Source of the DNA: Macrostomum lignano | Lineage: Eukaryota | DNA: 64,000 nt | Reading direction: 5' to 3' | Assembly: GCA_002269645.1 (NCBI GenBank) | Contig: NIVC01002246.1 | Span: forward strand, 232,745 to 296,744 | Part shown: positions 42,403 to 56,075 of the stretch, piece by piece | Layout: the number at the start of each line of letters is the position of its first letter | Position numbering within the stretch: position 1 is the stretch's first letter | Program-made: the position numbers and the translations under genes | The notes under the pieces: model-generated | Databases searched by the model: none | What the model was told of the DNA's origin: nothing | The model's input: the letters and a program-made list of their open reading frames with translations, nothing else

Positions 42403-45400
42403 CAAAAATTATACAAAATAACGTGCACTTTCACAAAGTTACTAATAATTTGCGTGAGCTGGTACGGATTATTAACAGGATATATGAGCTACTTCTGCAA
42501 ACCTGCAATTTTCCAAAGTAGTAACGCTTTCTAGAAAATACTCTGTCAAAGCATAACCGTCTCAAATCAACATATAAATGGATTCGTGGTATTGGATAGA
42601 TAGACGAGGATAGATAGGATAACTGTGCATAATACAGTCGTTTGATGTTTAATGCTAAAACGTACAGGATACGTAAAAAGAAACTAAATAGGTGCAAAAT
42701 TTTACGCACTTGGAGATAGGGCGCGGTGAACCAGCTAGTGATTTTCTCTACATTTTATATACAATGTAGTTGTTGGTGCAGCCCTGACGTCAACATCCAT
42801 ATAGCAAATAATGTAACATACGAAACGTCAGCAAATTCATGTACTGGTATGTTCGGTACGACATCAAAAACATTGATTTTGCTTATTTGATAATGTAGTG
42901 TACACAAGTAAGAAATATAACATGTACATGATGGGTTCGGCCTTTTTAAGCCTATAGCTTCAGGCCTCAGAATTCAGAAATGAATCACTTAGAACTCTGG
43001 CCTCTCACTCCTGTCAGATGGTCAGCCCCATGGTAGCTAGATTGTGGGCGAGCAGCAAGGTCCTATAGCTAGGAGAAGACAGCGAGAGACAAGCAGGGAG
43101 AATTTGAAAGGTAGAGATTATATAATCCACAGATTAACTAACCCGCTGCCACCAGTCCGTGCGCCCCGGCTCACCAAACCGGAGCTATCGAAATCGGACT
43201 TCTGACTAGAGGGGCACTGCACTTACCTGCCATCTAGTGTCTTTTAGCTGTCCATCTCGAAGTCATAGCCGAATAGAAGGGACGCTGCTGGGACTAAGAT
43301 CGCATTGGCCATGCAGGGACAGAGAGGACTTCTGCAGGGGGTTCTTGCGCTGGCGAGCCTTCATACACTACTAAATTTACTATTTCATTACCAAATTCCC
43401 AGAAGTACATGTATAAGTACACGTAACTGCACGCTTTTGGCACTAAATGTGTTAACACGGCGACAGATAGCGATGATGTAGATGCATTGTCACTTTCGGA
43501 GATCTTTAGACTAATATTTAACTTACTTTAGCCGCTTAACTGCCTGTGACCGCGCCAAAGCGCCAGTCTGGCTCTTAATTTGTATGCTTAACATAATGAT
43601 TTCTTAGATCGACTGATTGACTGGGAACTGTACCGCTTCCGGTCCACTGTGACCTCTGCCTCTAGATTTAGCCGCTCATCTCAGCTGGCATTGCGAAAAA
43701 GAAAGAAAACGCTAAGTCTTTAACTTCCAGATTTAACTTTCTCACTTAATCCGCAATCCTAAACACTTTAGATTGAGTTAGAGCAAATGACTACTTTTAA
43801 TATTAACTGACACTTCTGCCTCGAGATTGGCACACAAAAGCAAGTAAGCAAAAGTGCAAATCCTATCAGACTACCTAGGGAGGGGTCAGACAAAGGGTGC
43901 ACCCAGTTAAGCAGGTCAAGAGAGCCTCTCAACAAACCAATCAGAGAACCTATCTGCCGGTAGCCAGGGAATCCACAGAGACCGAAACACTCAGATGGTA
44001 TGCTGCTGCTGATCTTAACGGACGCGTGACGCTGTTGCTCTTCACTTGCCGGTTGTCGTTGCTGTTCTTAGATCACTGCCGGGAGATATTGATGATGCTT
44101 CTCAGGGGGAACTTAGCTTTCAAATCTGAAACTGCCGGGGGAAGGAGGATCAGGTCGGCAGGACCGCAGGGGGAAGAGCCTGAAGGCAGTATCAGGCCAA
44201 GTCGAGCGCCCCAGAATGCCTTGGCAAGGACAAAAACCGGGGGGCGTTTTCGAGCGCGGTTCGAGTTGTCGCCTTTTATAGCTCTCACGCAGCCGATTTG
44301 TTATAACGCACGCCGAATTTTCCGATTGGCTGAGAGCTTTTGTTAAAATAGTCGTCCAATTTTCTGATTGGTCAAGCCGGGAGCAGTCAGGTCGACTCTG
44401 ATTGGTTGGGCTCAAGACCCCAAAACCCACCCTACCAGGTGGCCTTCAGACCCCAGGGAAGATGACAGGTGCGGCCATAAATCATGCGTAAAACATAATA
44501 AAAGCCACTTGTCCAGACACCCTGGCGCCAAAAGTGACAGCAAAACACCCATAAATTAAAGGAGAAAGTAACAGAGTGGGGAGAAAGCTGGAAAGACCTC
44601 TTTGACCCAGACAGGCTGGAGCCAAAAGTGACAGCTAGACGGCCATAAATCACTGAAAACAGTGAAAAAGCCGCAAATCTGTGGGTCAGAATGGGGTTGA
44701 AACCATTCCTCCCAGACTTAGTGTCGCCCGTCTAGACTGCTAGAGGTCAATCCGTCTCAAACCCAAACAGTCTGACCTTCAAAGATGCGTAAACAATCCA
44801 AAATTAGAATCCTAAGAGGAGTACATTGAGTATTTATCATAATTAATAGTGAGGGAATAAATTAGTGTAGAACTTAGCCTGGATGAGAGAATGGGGAGAT
44901 ATTCATAAGCTAGCCTACTGACAGTAGGGGAAAAGCGCATCGAAGCGAAATGTGCGGTTTTAAGATTGTAAAAAGATGCGTCCTCATCATACATGTACCA
45001 TTTTAACATGGATTGACATCCCTCTGCATTAAAAACAGATACTTACCCCAGCTGGTCGCTCTAAATATTCAGCAAAAATATTTTTAATTAAGAAAAACGC
45101 ACTTTTCAAATAAAAAATCAGTACATGTGCATATACCGTTTGAAAGCTGCACAGCTTCTACAGGTAGAACCGTTGTCTTATGAAATGACGCAACTTTGAC
45201 CTGTTGGCATGTACTTTTGGCTTAACCGGTTGAGCTTAGCTATTTACATGTATACCCGTACACCCGTATACTTTGCACTTGTTCAGGTACTCGTAAATTG
45301 AGACTCATGTACATTAACTGCATAAGAACCCGTCATGACCGTTATAGCTCTAGGCTGCCCATATTTTGTAGTTTTTATTGTAACAAAGATAAATTACTTT

Positions 45401-46233
45401 AGCAACAACAGCCACAACAACAGCAGATAGAGTAGAGCAGAGTTGCAGAGTTGTTAAATTGAAATATTAATTTTTCTCTTGATAGTTACAGTGATGTGTA
45501 AAACAGTTGCGCACTGAAGATAAAATAGAAATTTAGACGGAGCGCTGAGTCGGAGAAGGCTACGACTATTTTCAGCTGGTAAAGGGGAGCTTTGCAGCAG
45601 TCAATATCGAATTTTGAGGGCTTGCGTGCTTGTGCGCTTGCGACAATGATGACATGATGATGACAATAATGATTTTCATTAACTTGTTCAATGTAAGAAA
45701 ATTTCAGGTGACTATGTAGAAATTTGCGGGCTCTATGTAAGGGATAGGCTGGGTGTTGGAGCCGAGCAGAATGTCGATGGTAGAAGTCTGTCTCTGATTC
45801 GCTGATGGATCAAAAGTTGCGCCATAGACAAAGTTTAGGAAAGAGAGGGACAAGGAAGGTTTTATTTAGTTTTTTTATGAGAGGAACGCAAGAATTTAAT
45901 GTTCTGTTTTGAAAGCCGTCTAATTAGGAGACTAATTAACACTCTATGAGCGATTCGCTTTTTGAGAATGTTGAACTTGGCGAATCTGCCGGATCAAATG
46001 GTATCCAGATTATCAATGGAGGAGCTGCATTTTGTGACGTCCGAATCTGCAACTAGTATAAATATCTGGAGGCTTTGAGTGGCAAGTTTGCTCGAAGACT
46101 GGTGAAGTAGAATTGAACTTTCAATTTAAGCGGTGTTAATGGTAAGCATTAATGTTTCGAAAGTGAACGTCTGTTTAACGGAACGAACTGAACTTTAAAA
46201 CTGATCATTTACGTCATTGTTATTATTAACGTA

Positions 46234-47169
46234 TTGCTTTTGTCGTGCTTTGTGTAACAGTGGGCATGCAAAACGGAACGGCCCATAGAATTCTATAGCC
46301 AAGTGTTTGAATTAACCCGGTGAAAGCAAGCCATAGACAACTCGATTTGTTATGTAATATGGAACGATGACCCGGAATAGAAGGAACGGTTTGAGTTTTA
46401 TTTACAGAAAGAACAGAAACAGACATTAATGAAGCACATTTTAAGTCACAAATTGAAACCATCAAATATAAAAAGGTCAACTCTTCGTTAGCGTATTCGC
46501 TTCTGGCGTCGAGGCTTTCGACTCGGTTGGTGTTTTGGCGCACATCCGTCCTCTTGGTAGCAAGTTTGATCGTAGAGAGCAAACCATTCATTGCTCGATC
46601 AATTGTTTTAAGGCTCATATGCGGCTTGTCAGGAAGGCTTCCAACCAGCTTCTCAACCATTGAATTTAGCGTTAGAAAGGGATTTTGCTCCACCTCTTGT
46701 TGTAAAAAAATGCATCTCTGCGTCAATTTTGCAGCTTTCTTCTTTGCGGCCTCCACGAGGCAAAGCTTCCAATCTGCCGGCTTGTTCGAATGTTGACCAA
46801 ATGCGGTGAACGGAAGTTTCGGATACTTCTAACAAAACTGAAACATCCGTCATCGACAGTCCACGATGCAAGGCGGCTATGATACGCTGTCGATCGCGTA
46901 CAGAAATTTGTGGTGCCATCTATACGAACGTAACTTAGCTCGACGAATCGTTAGAAAATAAAAGCGTCTTGTCTCGCTGTGAAAAGCTCAAATCGTTCCT
47001 TCTATTTTGGCTCACGTTTCCTTCTATTTTGGCTCACCGTTCCATATTGCATGACAAATTAAGTTGTCTATGGCTTGCTGTCTCGTGTTGATTCAAGTGC
47101 TTGACCTTAGAACCCTATAAGCCGTTCCGTTTTGGATGTCCCCAGTTCCACATAGCATGACAAAAGCAA
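46234..47169 (-). mobile_element. Internally deleted Tc1/IS630-like element related to 16103-17687
   Basis: Diverged ~140-bp TIRs starting TTGCTTTTGTC; TA TSD; a frameshifted N-terminal remnant (RGGRKEESCKIDAE...NPFLTL...LPDKP) aligns to the 16412-17491 protein. Confidence 0.8.
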
Positions 47170-47464
47170 TACTATACTATTGTCGCTACTGCCGAGTCGT
47201 TGCTGTTTGAAAAAAAATATACTTGCTTGTTACAGTGCTTGGTGCTGAGCTGACCAAAAATTGGGTGCTACCATAGACTATGGAAACTTTGAAACAAAAT
47301 TTTATTACTTTTCACCCTGAAAAGGGACACTGACACTTAAGCCCAGAAAAGTTCATGACAATGGATAAATAATCAGCGGTCCCAGTGCGTGACAACAATT
47401 GTCTGGCGAGCGCCGGTGCATGACCGCTGGGAGGATCCAACTAGCCATTGAAAGCTGCGATCAG

Positions 47465-49787
47465 GGGTCTGTGCTACCGAATACTCTTTCCCCTAAATCC
47501 TTAACAGTGTCCTAACTCCTAGCTCCTAGATAGTTTTCTGTGCTATAGAATCAAGAGTAAATTTTAAGAGCTAAGAGGCTCCTTAATGACGTAGGAGACT
47601 CCTTGGTGAATTTATGAAACGTCATTAAGGTTTGTCGTGTGCATGCTATAGAATAAAGAGCGGGGAGGATTTGCCGTTAAGGAGTGAGATTCCTAACTCT
47701 TCTAACTCCTAGATAAGATTTCAAGGGCCAAATTTTAATCTTAGGTTCGTAGGAGTTTCCTTTGTTATGTTTTCGGACAGTTACCTGGGCTCGGACGATG
47801 AGGGAGCTAACGATCGGCGACCCAGGCAATTTAAGCAATTAAGAATAAACTTTTTCAAAGAATTTCCTACTGTGTCACGGGTTCGGCTCAATGAAAATCA
47901 ACGTCAATTTAAAAAAACAATGCTGCATCTTAAAACATCACAAATTGTCCTAGATGTCGACACGTATTATTAACATTGTCTGTGCCGAAAACGGGCACTG
48001 TTTTGCTGGGAACAATAAAGACCAATTTTATGGTCTCTAATAGCACCCTTGTTATTCATTTATTATGAATATTAGAGCAAATGAGAGCAATTAATTGCGA
48101 TAGCAGTGAAACCTTTTTCTATTGAATTAGTCTATCAACTTATTAAATGCGCTCTCTTTCTCCAATTAAATCGCAGGCTTGTAGCCTAAAATGGTTTTAT
48201 TGCTTTACGCGCTCGTAGCCGCTTTTCAAGCGGGTAATAAAACTTGCTGTTGAATTACTCCGAGAATTACTCCTTAAAGTGCATACATTTTGGAGTATAA
48301 TATAGGTACCTCTTATTTCGCCGATTCTCGTTTCGCCGACATTCTCGTTTCGCCGAATTTCGTTAGCTTACAAGCATTACGAGCGTAATTTTAACTCCGC
48401 TCGGACCTAACACGAACAGTAAGAAGTCGAATAACAGACCACAGAAGCAGACATTTTAACAATAAACTTTAAAATGTTAATATCACTACGAGTTCAGTTC
48501 AGTTGAAACTTAGACAACCGCGTCGTGCAAAGTGTAGCTGCAAGCATTCCCGTAGTCCCGTAGATTTATTTTGCCGTTGAGAAACTGCCCTCTGAAGGTC
48601 GCTAGAGCATTCGCTAGTTGCCAGGTTCGGAGCCTCGGCTGCGGTGGTACAGTCCCGGCTCGCTGCTCAATGCACGTCTCTGCATTGACAATTTCAACTC
48701 GCAACTTCTTTACGAATTCGTGGACATTGAGTCGGTGGTTGCGACTTATCGAATTTAGCGCATGGTGTCGGCTCTCCGCGGCATTGATAGTTCTGTCTGC
48801 ATCTTCATTAAAATGGTTTCACATTTTTCGGTTATAGAGAGCGTTTGGCTGTGACCAAGTGTTCAGGAAGTAGCCCAACAACGCATGGCAGTTTTTATGA
48901 GCAGCATACCCGGGTTCAGGCATGTCGGTGGGTGAACTGGCCATCGTCCTGATATGGCTGCAATACTGGCAAGCTCAAAATCGGCCAAGAAGTGGTTGCA
49001 CATTGGATAGTGGCCAGTCAGTTGTCTGCAGGCATCATGCAAGTAGTGCCACATTGCCTCGTGGGTGACTTGCTGCTTTTTGGGCATCTCAAATATATTC
49101 GAAACACAGTTGAAGGTACCGTCAATTTGATGGCGATCAGTTTCTGCGAGTTCGCGGATCAGCTGGTTCGATGATAACCCAACGATGCGCTTCGGTGTGC
49201 CTCCATTGATATCGAAAACTCGCAGAGTCTGTTGAGTCTACGGATCAACGATATAATCAGCTCGAGTGGCCGGAAGAGGGAGCAAGTTTTTGTGCCAAAC
49301 ACGGTATGCTGCATCCTTGATACTACCGAATGTCGGCAATGTCGCTGGATTTGCTTAAAAGGCATCCATAGCAATGGCCTGCCGGTATACTTGAGTCATT
49401 TGAGCGTTGTTGTTGGTGCACTCATTCTTGGTATGCTGCAAAAACTGCAGACATCTAAATCACATTTGCATTAGTGTAGTTGTCTATGGTCTAATGTCCA
49501 GATGGTTATGAAATTAATTTCGGCGAAACGAGAATCGGCGAAATGAGAATGTAGGCGAAACGAGAATCGCAAAATTAGATTCAGCCAAACGAGAATCGAC
49601 AAAATGACAAAAATCGACAGATTGACAGACTCCTTAGCGAATCACCTTACACTCCTTAGAACTCCTCACTCCTATCCTTGGAACAACTCCTTGCTCCTAA
49701 CTCTTGATTCTTGAACTCTATAGCACAAAAAATCGATTCACTCCTTGCTAGGAGCCCTCCTGACTCCTAACTTCTCACTCTTTGCTC
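47465..49787. mobile_element. Stack of non-autonomous elements with (C)TGTGCTATAG-type ends and CTCCTA/TAGGAG subterminal repeats (Harbinger-MITE-like)
   Basis: TGTGCTATAGAATCAAGAG at ~47538 versus its inverse at ~49700-49730; a similar end CTATGGCACGGGCC resumes at ~58629. Boundaries uncertain. Confidence 0.4.
48305..49620 (-). mobile_element. MULE (Mutator-like) transposon remnant
   Basis: IDGTF, PKKQQVTH...FLADFELASIAAI...WP and RTINAAESRHHALN motifs; inverted clusters of TTCTCGTTTCGCCGA repeats at both ends. Confidence 0.7.
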
Positions 49788-50962
49788 TTAACAGTAGAAA
49801 GACCACGCTATTTTCTCCATGGGGAAAGACCATGGGGGTGTAGTAGAAATACACACAACCAATTTCACCATAGCTCGCAAACCAAATAACCGATTTTCGT
49901 AAAAGTCCACCATTTAGATCAAAATCCCCCCCCTCTTTAACGAATTAACTTTCAACGTCATCCGACGTCAGCATCATCGAGATATTTAACGATTCTTGTC
50001 GAAGACACTGGTGGCAAGGACAACAAACACTACACTGTATAAACCTTTATGGTGAATCCATATTGGCTCAATAATCTGGCTCCATCTGTCGGAGAGGCCT
50101 TTCTTCTCAGCATCCCAGGAACCAGGGTCCCCTTCATCACCGTCTGGAGCATCGGCGGCGACCGTCTGGACCTTCAACAAAAGCACCCGATCGGCATCGC
50201 AGAGACGGCTGCGTCCCCAAAACTGAAATGGAAGAATCCTCTTCTGCATGCAGCATTCAGTCAGTAGGCATAATCGGTGATTGAAATGGACGATGGCGAC
50301 CCTCTAGGTTGACCTGTAGACATACAAGCGACCTTCGGGACCTTCAACGGAGTGCCACCAGGCGGCCCCGACTAGCTGGCACCCCCAACATCGTGATTTT
50401 TCTGTCAAGGCACCAAACCAGGCATGTCTGCATGTTATACAATGCTTTTGCACCGTGTTAAATTGGAGAGTTACATATTTAACTGGCGACTGAAAAATAT
50501 AAAATATATTTAATTTGTCAAAAATTATATTACAGCATGTCAAAAATGATATTACAGCATGTCAAAAATGATACGCCTGGGTAGAGGCAACTTTGCAACG
50601 GTGAAGTTATCTACTTAAATCAATTATAGCAAATCACCGAGTCATGTTCTTCGAAGCTTCCGAATGACCAGGCGAATGAACTGTTCAGCCGTGATGTTCT
50701 CGTGGACCGCAGGTGGGGCTGAATCCACAACCTCTCCACCGGTAACACTTTGCAAGTAGCGCTTGATTTCTTCTGGGTAGTTAAACTGCAAAGACTGAAG
50801 AACTGAAGATGTGCTGGTTTTTGTAACAGTGCAATCTCTCGCCTCGTTGTGTTCCCCTTTATTCTAGGCGGTTATTCTTTCTTGATTCCCGAGCCTGAGG
50901 GCTTCGCGATGGCTGCTCTGAAAGTTCTGTAATTACTTATATATAGTGCCTACAAAGGTATG

Positions 50963-53900
50963 TGATGTGTATTCGCAAGACGGCTCGTTCCGTCTAATCG
51001 TATATTTGTGTTTACAAAAAGGAGCGGAAATAATTCGTTATCGTAGGAGCCCTTGTCTCGCTCCGCTCGTTCGTTACTTAATTCCATTTTCCCTAGTGCG
51101 CCCAGCTCTTTAGTAACTTTATGGGTCTTCGACAATTATGACCATAGATAGTTCAATCATATGCGTAAAAAGTTCACAGTTAAAATCCATATCAACTTCC
51201 GCCCTCCTTAAATAGTGCACTCTCCACTTGATTGTTCATACTTCCTCAATCAGTCGCTTAGGTGACATTCCTTTGTTTTGTCTTTTAGACCGACACACAT
51301 GCTGTTGATGTTTGCGCGCTCCACTTGACTGTATCTCGACTGGATCTATCGCTTGTTGTCTGAATGGTACCAAGTTGCGCGCAGTCCAAACCTTTCCATT
51401 GTCCAATCGGTATTTGAAGTTGCCAACCACTTTGATGACTTTGAATGGAGAGGTGAAAGGGGACCTGCCCTTTGGCACATGAGGCAAACGAACACGTACC
51501 AGATCACCGACCTTGAAGTGTCGCTTGAATACTTGGTGCGGTTCCTGTTTTAATGTGGTCACTAGCTCGTTCTATGTTTCATTGGCCTTGGTTGTTCTGC
51601 GAGGTTGGAAATTTGCTCTTTTGTCGCGGCCAAATAGCAGTTTTGCGGGTGTCTCCGTTCTCATTCGGCGTTGTTCGGTAGCTGAATATAGTCTGTTGTA
51701 TGCCTTCTTCGAAACTCTTCCGCTCAACCTCGAAGGTTTGTGCCGCATGCTTCAGCGTTCGATTGAAGACTTCCACCTTGCCGTTTCGTCTTGGCTCATA
51801 CAGTGGGACACATTCGTGACGGATATCTCGTGAAGCGAGAAAGTCCTCCATTTCTCTGGAGACAAAGTTGTTTCCGTTGTCAGATACCAGGGTATCAGGA
51901 TTGCCGAAGCAATTGAAAACCTCTGTCAGCCAGTGGATTAGTCTTGGTGATCTCGTGTCTCCAGTGAGAAGGATCTCGGGATATGACGAATAGTAATCGA
52001 TGAGCGCGACAATGAATCGTTGATTTTGTAGAGCGATTGCAAACGGCCCGGTGATGTCAATCGCGAGCTTTGACCAGAGTCGGTCAGGCTTTTCAACCGG
52101 TCCACCGTTTGGCACGATAATTTTGTGCGACTGAGCACTGCACTGGCATGGTAGACAGAACTTGACATAGTTCGTTATGGCGCTATCCATACCTGGCCAT
52201 CAGTATGCCGATCGCAGAAGTCGTTTCATTCGTACGTTCCCGGGTGTCCTTCATGGGCACGCTTCAGGATTGTCCTGACTAGGCTGCTGGGCGGCACGAT
52301 TTGTTCACCACGGATCAGGATTCCGTTTTCTATCGTCAGTTCGTCTTGAATCTGTGCAAAGGACTTGAGCTCTGTCTTCTTTTTATCAATTATTCGGGAG
52401 CTTTTGACAGCCTTCATAACCTCCTGTAGTATGGTATCTGTGCTCGTTAGCTTCTGCAGGTTTCTTGCAGAAGGGGTGTCAATATCGTTTGCAAGCAGAA
52501 TGCTGCGGATAGTAGCATCGTCTTCGTTATCCGCACTGTCCAGTCCATCGACGACTGGTAGTCTGAATAGGGCGTCAGCCACGTAGTTGGTGCTTCCGGG
52601 CTTGTAGACTATGTCGTAGTCAAATTCGGACAGCCGAACCAACCAACGTGTGAATTTTGCTGACTTCGTCTTGTTACTATGGTGTCGTAGGAGGCTCGTT
52701 AGTGCAGAATGATCTGTTTGTAAAGTGAAATGTCGTCCCAGCAAATATTTTTCAAAGTGTTCACATGCCCAGACGCAGGCAAGTGCTTCGCGCTCGTTCA
52801 CAGCGTAGTTTTGTTCCCGCTCGGAAAGTGCATGGGATGCAGATGCTATTGGAACCTCTGTTTCGGCTTGCGTTTGTGAAAAAACAGCACCGATGCCGAC
52901 ATCTAAAGCGTCGGTTGTCAAGATCGTGGGCAGGTTAGGATCGAAAATGGCCAGTTCCAGTCGTTCCTTAAGTATTCGCCTTACGCGGTCAAAGGCCGAT
53001 TGTTGCTCGCTTCCCCAGATAAACTTTTGGTTCTGTCGTGTTACGCGTCTCAGCGGCTCAGTGATCGTCGCTAGGTCTCTCACAAAGTTTGAGTGATAGT
53101 CAATCATGCCTAAGAAAGACCGTAGCTCTGTCTGGTTTTTTGGTGCCGGTGTGTTCTTGATCGCCGAGAGCTTATCGGGGTCTGACTCGATTCGTCCTTT
53201 CTCATTTATAATGTAGCCCAAAAACGGTACGCTCTCGCGGCGAAACATAGACTTCGTGGTGTTGATGCAAAAGTCCTTTTCGTGAAGTAGTTTGAGGTCT
53301 TTGCGGAGCTCATCGTCGTGCTTCTTGATCGTTTGTCCAAACACCAGGATATCGTCGATATATGCTATTGTTTGTTCGCAGTCGCCGAGTGTGCTGCTTA
53401 CACATCGTTGAAAAACAGACGCGGAGTCCACCAGACCCATCGGTAGTCGATTGTAGGCATACAGCCCAATTGGTGTCGTTGTTGTTGTCAATAGTTTGCT
53501 CTCTTCGTCGAGTTTGATGTGAAAGTACGCTCGCTTTAGGTCGATCTTTGATTTGTAACAAGCCCCATTCAACTTCATGAAGAGTTCGCTGATGTTCGGT
53601 ATAGGGTGTCGGTCTGGGATTACGAATTTGTTCAGATACGAAAAGTCCGTTGTTATCCGGATGCCACCGTCTGCTTTCCACACAGTGACGAGTGCATTGG
53701 CCCATGAACTTTTCTCAACAGGACTCCAGATCCTCATTTCCTCCATCTTCTTGATCTCACTGATTGCAGCCTCACGACGAGCCAGCGGAATGGTCCGCGT
53801 GGGAATATACTTTGGGGTAGCGTCCTTTTGAAGAGTTATGTTATGCGTGTAGTCTGGATAGGTACCCAGTGATTCCTCTGATAGTTGAGGGAACTCGTCT

Positions 53901-55435
53901 ACAATGTCACAACTTTGTCCGGCATTGGTTGAAATTTGCATCGAAGCTCCGTCGAACTTCAGTCCCAGAACTTTTATCAGGTCCATTCCGACGATAGACT
54001 CTAGACTGTTCTTCGTGACAAATAGTCTGGCGTTGTTTGTTCGATTTAAAATGCCTATCTCTGCCGTGATGTGGCCAATTATGTCCGATATCGCACTGTT
54101 GTCGTAGTTTCGTAGTGTCAGTGTAGCTGGGTGGATTTCCTTATCTGGCCAGATGCGCTTCAAGTCTGCATGTCGAAGAGTCGAAACTTCAGCAGCCGTG
54201 TCCAGCAATGCCGCGTAAGTTCCGTTCCTGCCGACAGCTGTAACCTCAACCGATGGTGTTTCACTCTGGCCAACTGATCGAACGTGCCTTTTGATTGCGC
54301 GTACTTTCTTTACGGTGTTGGCCCTTCGTTGTGATATTATGCAATGGGAGGCAAAATGGTTTGGGTTGCCGCATCCTTTGCACAGCTTTCCGAGGGCCGG
54401 ACATTTAGCATCTTTGTAGGCATGTGAATTTGAACCGCAGCCCATACATTGCTGTTTCTTGTTCCCCTTGTTCTGGTTGCTGCAGGGATCGCCGAGGCCG
54501 TGCTTTTGCGCTGGTCGGACTTCGCAGATGTGCGCTTGTGTACTTGTTGAATTGGCGCCATTGCATTGCTCCTGATGATTTCGCCAGTAAGTGACGCAGA
54601 ATCATCAGCTCGCATGGTGGTCAGAAAAGACTGCAGGTCAATAGTGTGTTGGGTCAACAGTTTCTCCTGTGTGCTTTTAGACGCACATCCAATCACCAGT
54701 TGCATTGCAAGCTGCCTATCTTCTCCAGCGCCGTACTCACAGTCCGTAATTAGTGTTCGCAGGGCTGTGAAATAGTCACTGATGGACTCACCGTGCTCCT
54801 GCTTTCGCTTGCGGAATTCGTACTCTGCACGGACTGGGTTTTGGCTTTTGCTGAATATTAACTTCAGCTTGCCCATATATTCTTCCAGGCTGCTAGCCTT
54901 ATCGTCCTGGAGGTTGTGCGCGTACAGGATACGTCTTCCTTCTGAGCCCAGGGACGTGCGCAGGAATGCCTTTTTGAAGTCATCTGTTAGTAGTGCCCGG
55001 TCGTAGTCTCAGTGAGGAAAAAGAAGTCGGTGACTTCCTTCTGCCAGATAGTCCACTTGACTGGTGGTTCGCCTGGTAGCTCCAGAAATTTTGATGGTTG
55101 TGGTATCGACACACGAATATTCTGGGCATTTGTAGCTGCTGCCGCTGATGTCGGTTTCGAGGCGATGTTGGTGGGGCCATGGGTTGTTAGTCCTCGTCGT
55201 CAATTGATGTGTATTCGCAAGACGGCTCGTTCCGTCTAATCGTATATTTGTGTTAACAAAAAGGAGCGGAAATAATTCGTTATCGTAGGAGCCCTTGTCC
55301 CGCTCCGCTCGTTCGTTAGTTAATTCCATTTTCCCTAGTGCGCCCAGCTCTTTAGTAACTGTCTGGGTCTTCGAGAATGATGACCATAGATAGTTCAATC
55401 GCATGCGTAAAAGTTCACAGTTAAAATCCATATCA
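50963..55435 (-). mobile_element. Gypsy-type LTR retrotransposon D, structurally complete (4473 bp) with frameshifts
   Basis: LTRs 50963-51194 and 55205-55435 (TG...CA, about 10 substitutions plus one indel); TSD GTATG; PBS-like TTGACGACGAGG; PPT AAGGAGGGCGGAAG; gag 54337-55180, PR LDTAAE, RT YIDDI, RNase H and integrase to 51236. Confidence 0.95.
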
Positions 55436-56075
55436 GTATGTACTGATTTCACCGTGGGACGCACACGCATGCTTTTATGGCGGGATTATATGTATGTTCC
55501 ACCGCTGGTAACGACGAATAATCTATTGAAGCTTGGAAATTTCATCCCTCCTGCTGAGTTTACTGTATCTGGAGCGGGGGGCAACTGTTACTAGGGGTTT
55601 AGCCACAGGCGGACGGTCACTGGAGGGGGTGGGGGGTTACTAAGAATATTAAACTCACGACTCTCAATCCTGATTTGCTAGATTACCCCTGCAGGTATAC
55701 CATCACTTCGTCTTAACTTCCATTCTGTCGCACGTGTCCGCTGGACCCATTAATTTAAATAATTTAATCTTTCTGATACTATTCAGCTTAGCTTTGCTAA
55801 ATCTCTCGCACCTGCCGGAAACTGTTGCTGCTTGGATAAATTTCTTATAAGTTCTGTTTCTCGTCCAAACTCGCAACACATCCATCCAGTAGAATCAAAT
55901 TCTCCTGCTTTTGAATAGCAGAGGCTCTTGCTGACAGCGATTTGGATGAAGAGTTTTCTCCGGATAAGAGTGGTCCAGATGAAATAAAAATCTGTTCGAC
56001 ATTTCTCATGACCCAATCAACTGGTCCCAAGTCCCCCCACATCCAAGACGATGGGCTAGTGACTGTGTTCCTCGG

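Noticed and set aside
49986-50543. Duplicated small ORFs in the inverted arms (also 57884-58523)
   Set aside because: Duplicated only because the DNA is; no recognisable domain, and the frames diverge outside the identical segment.
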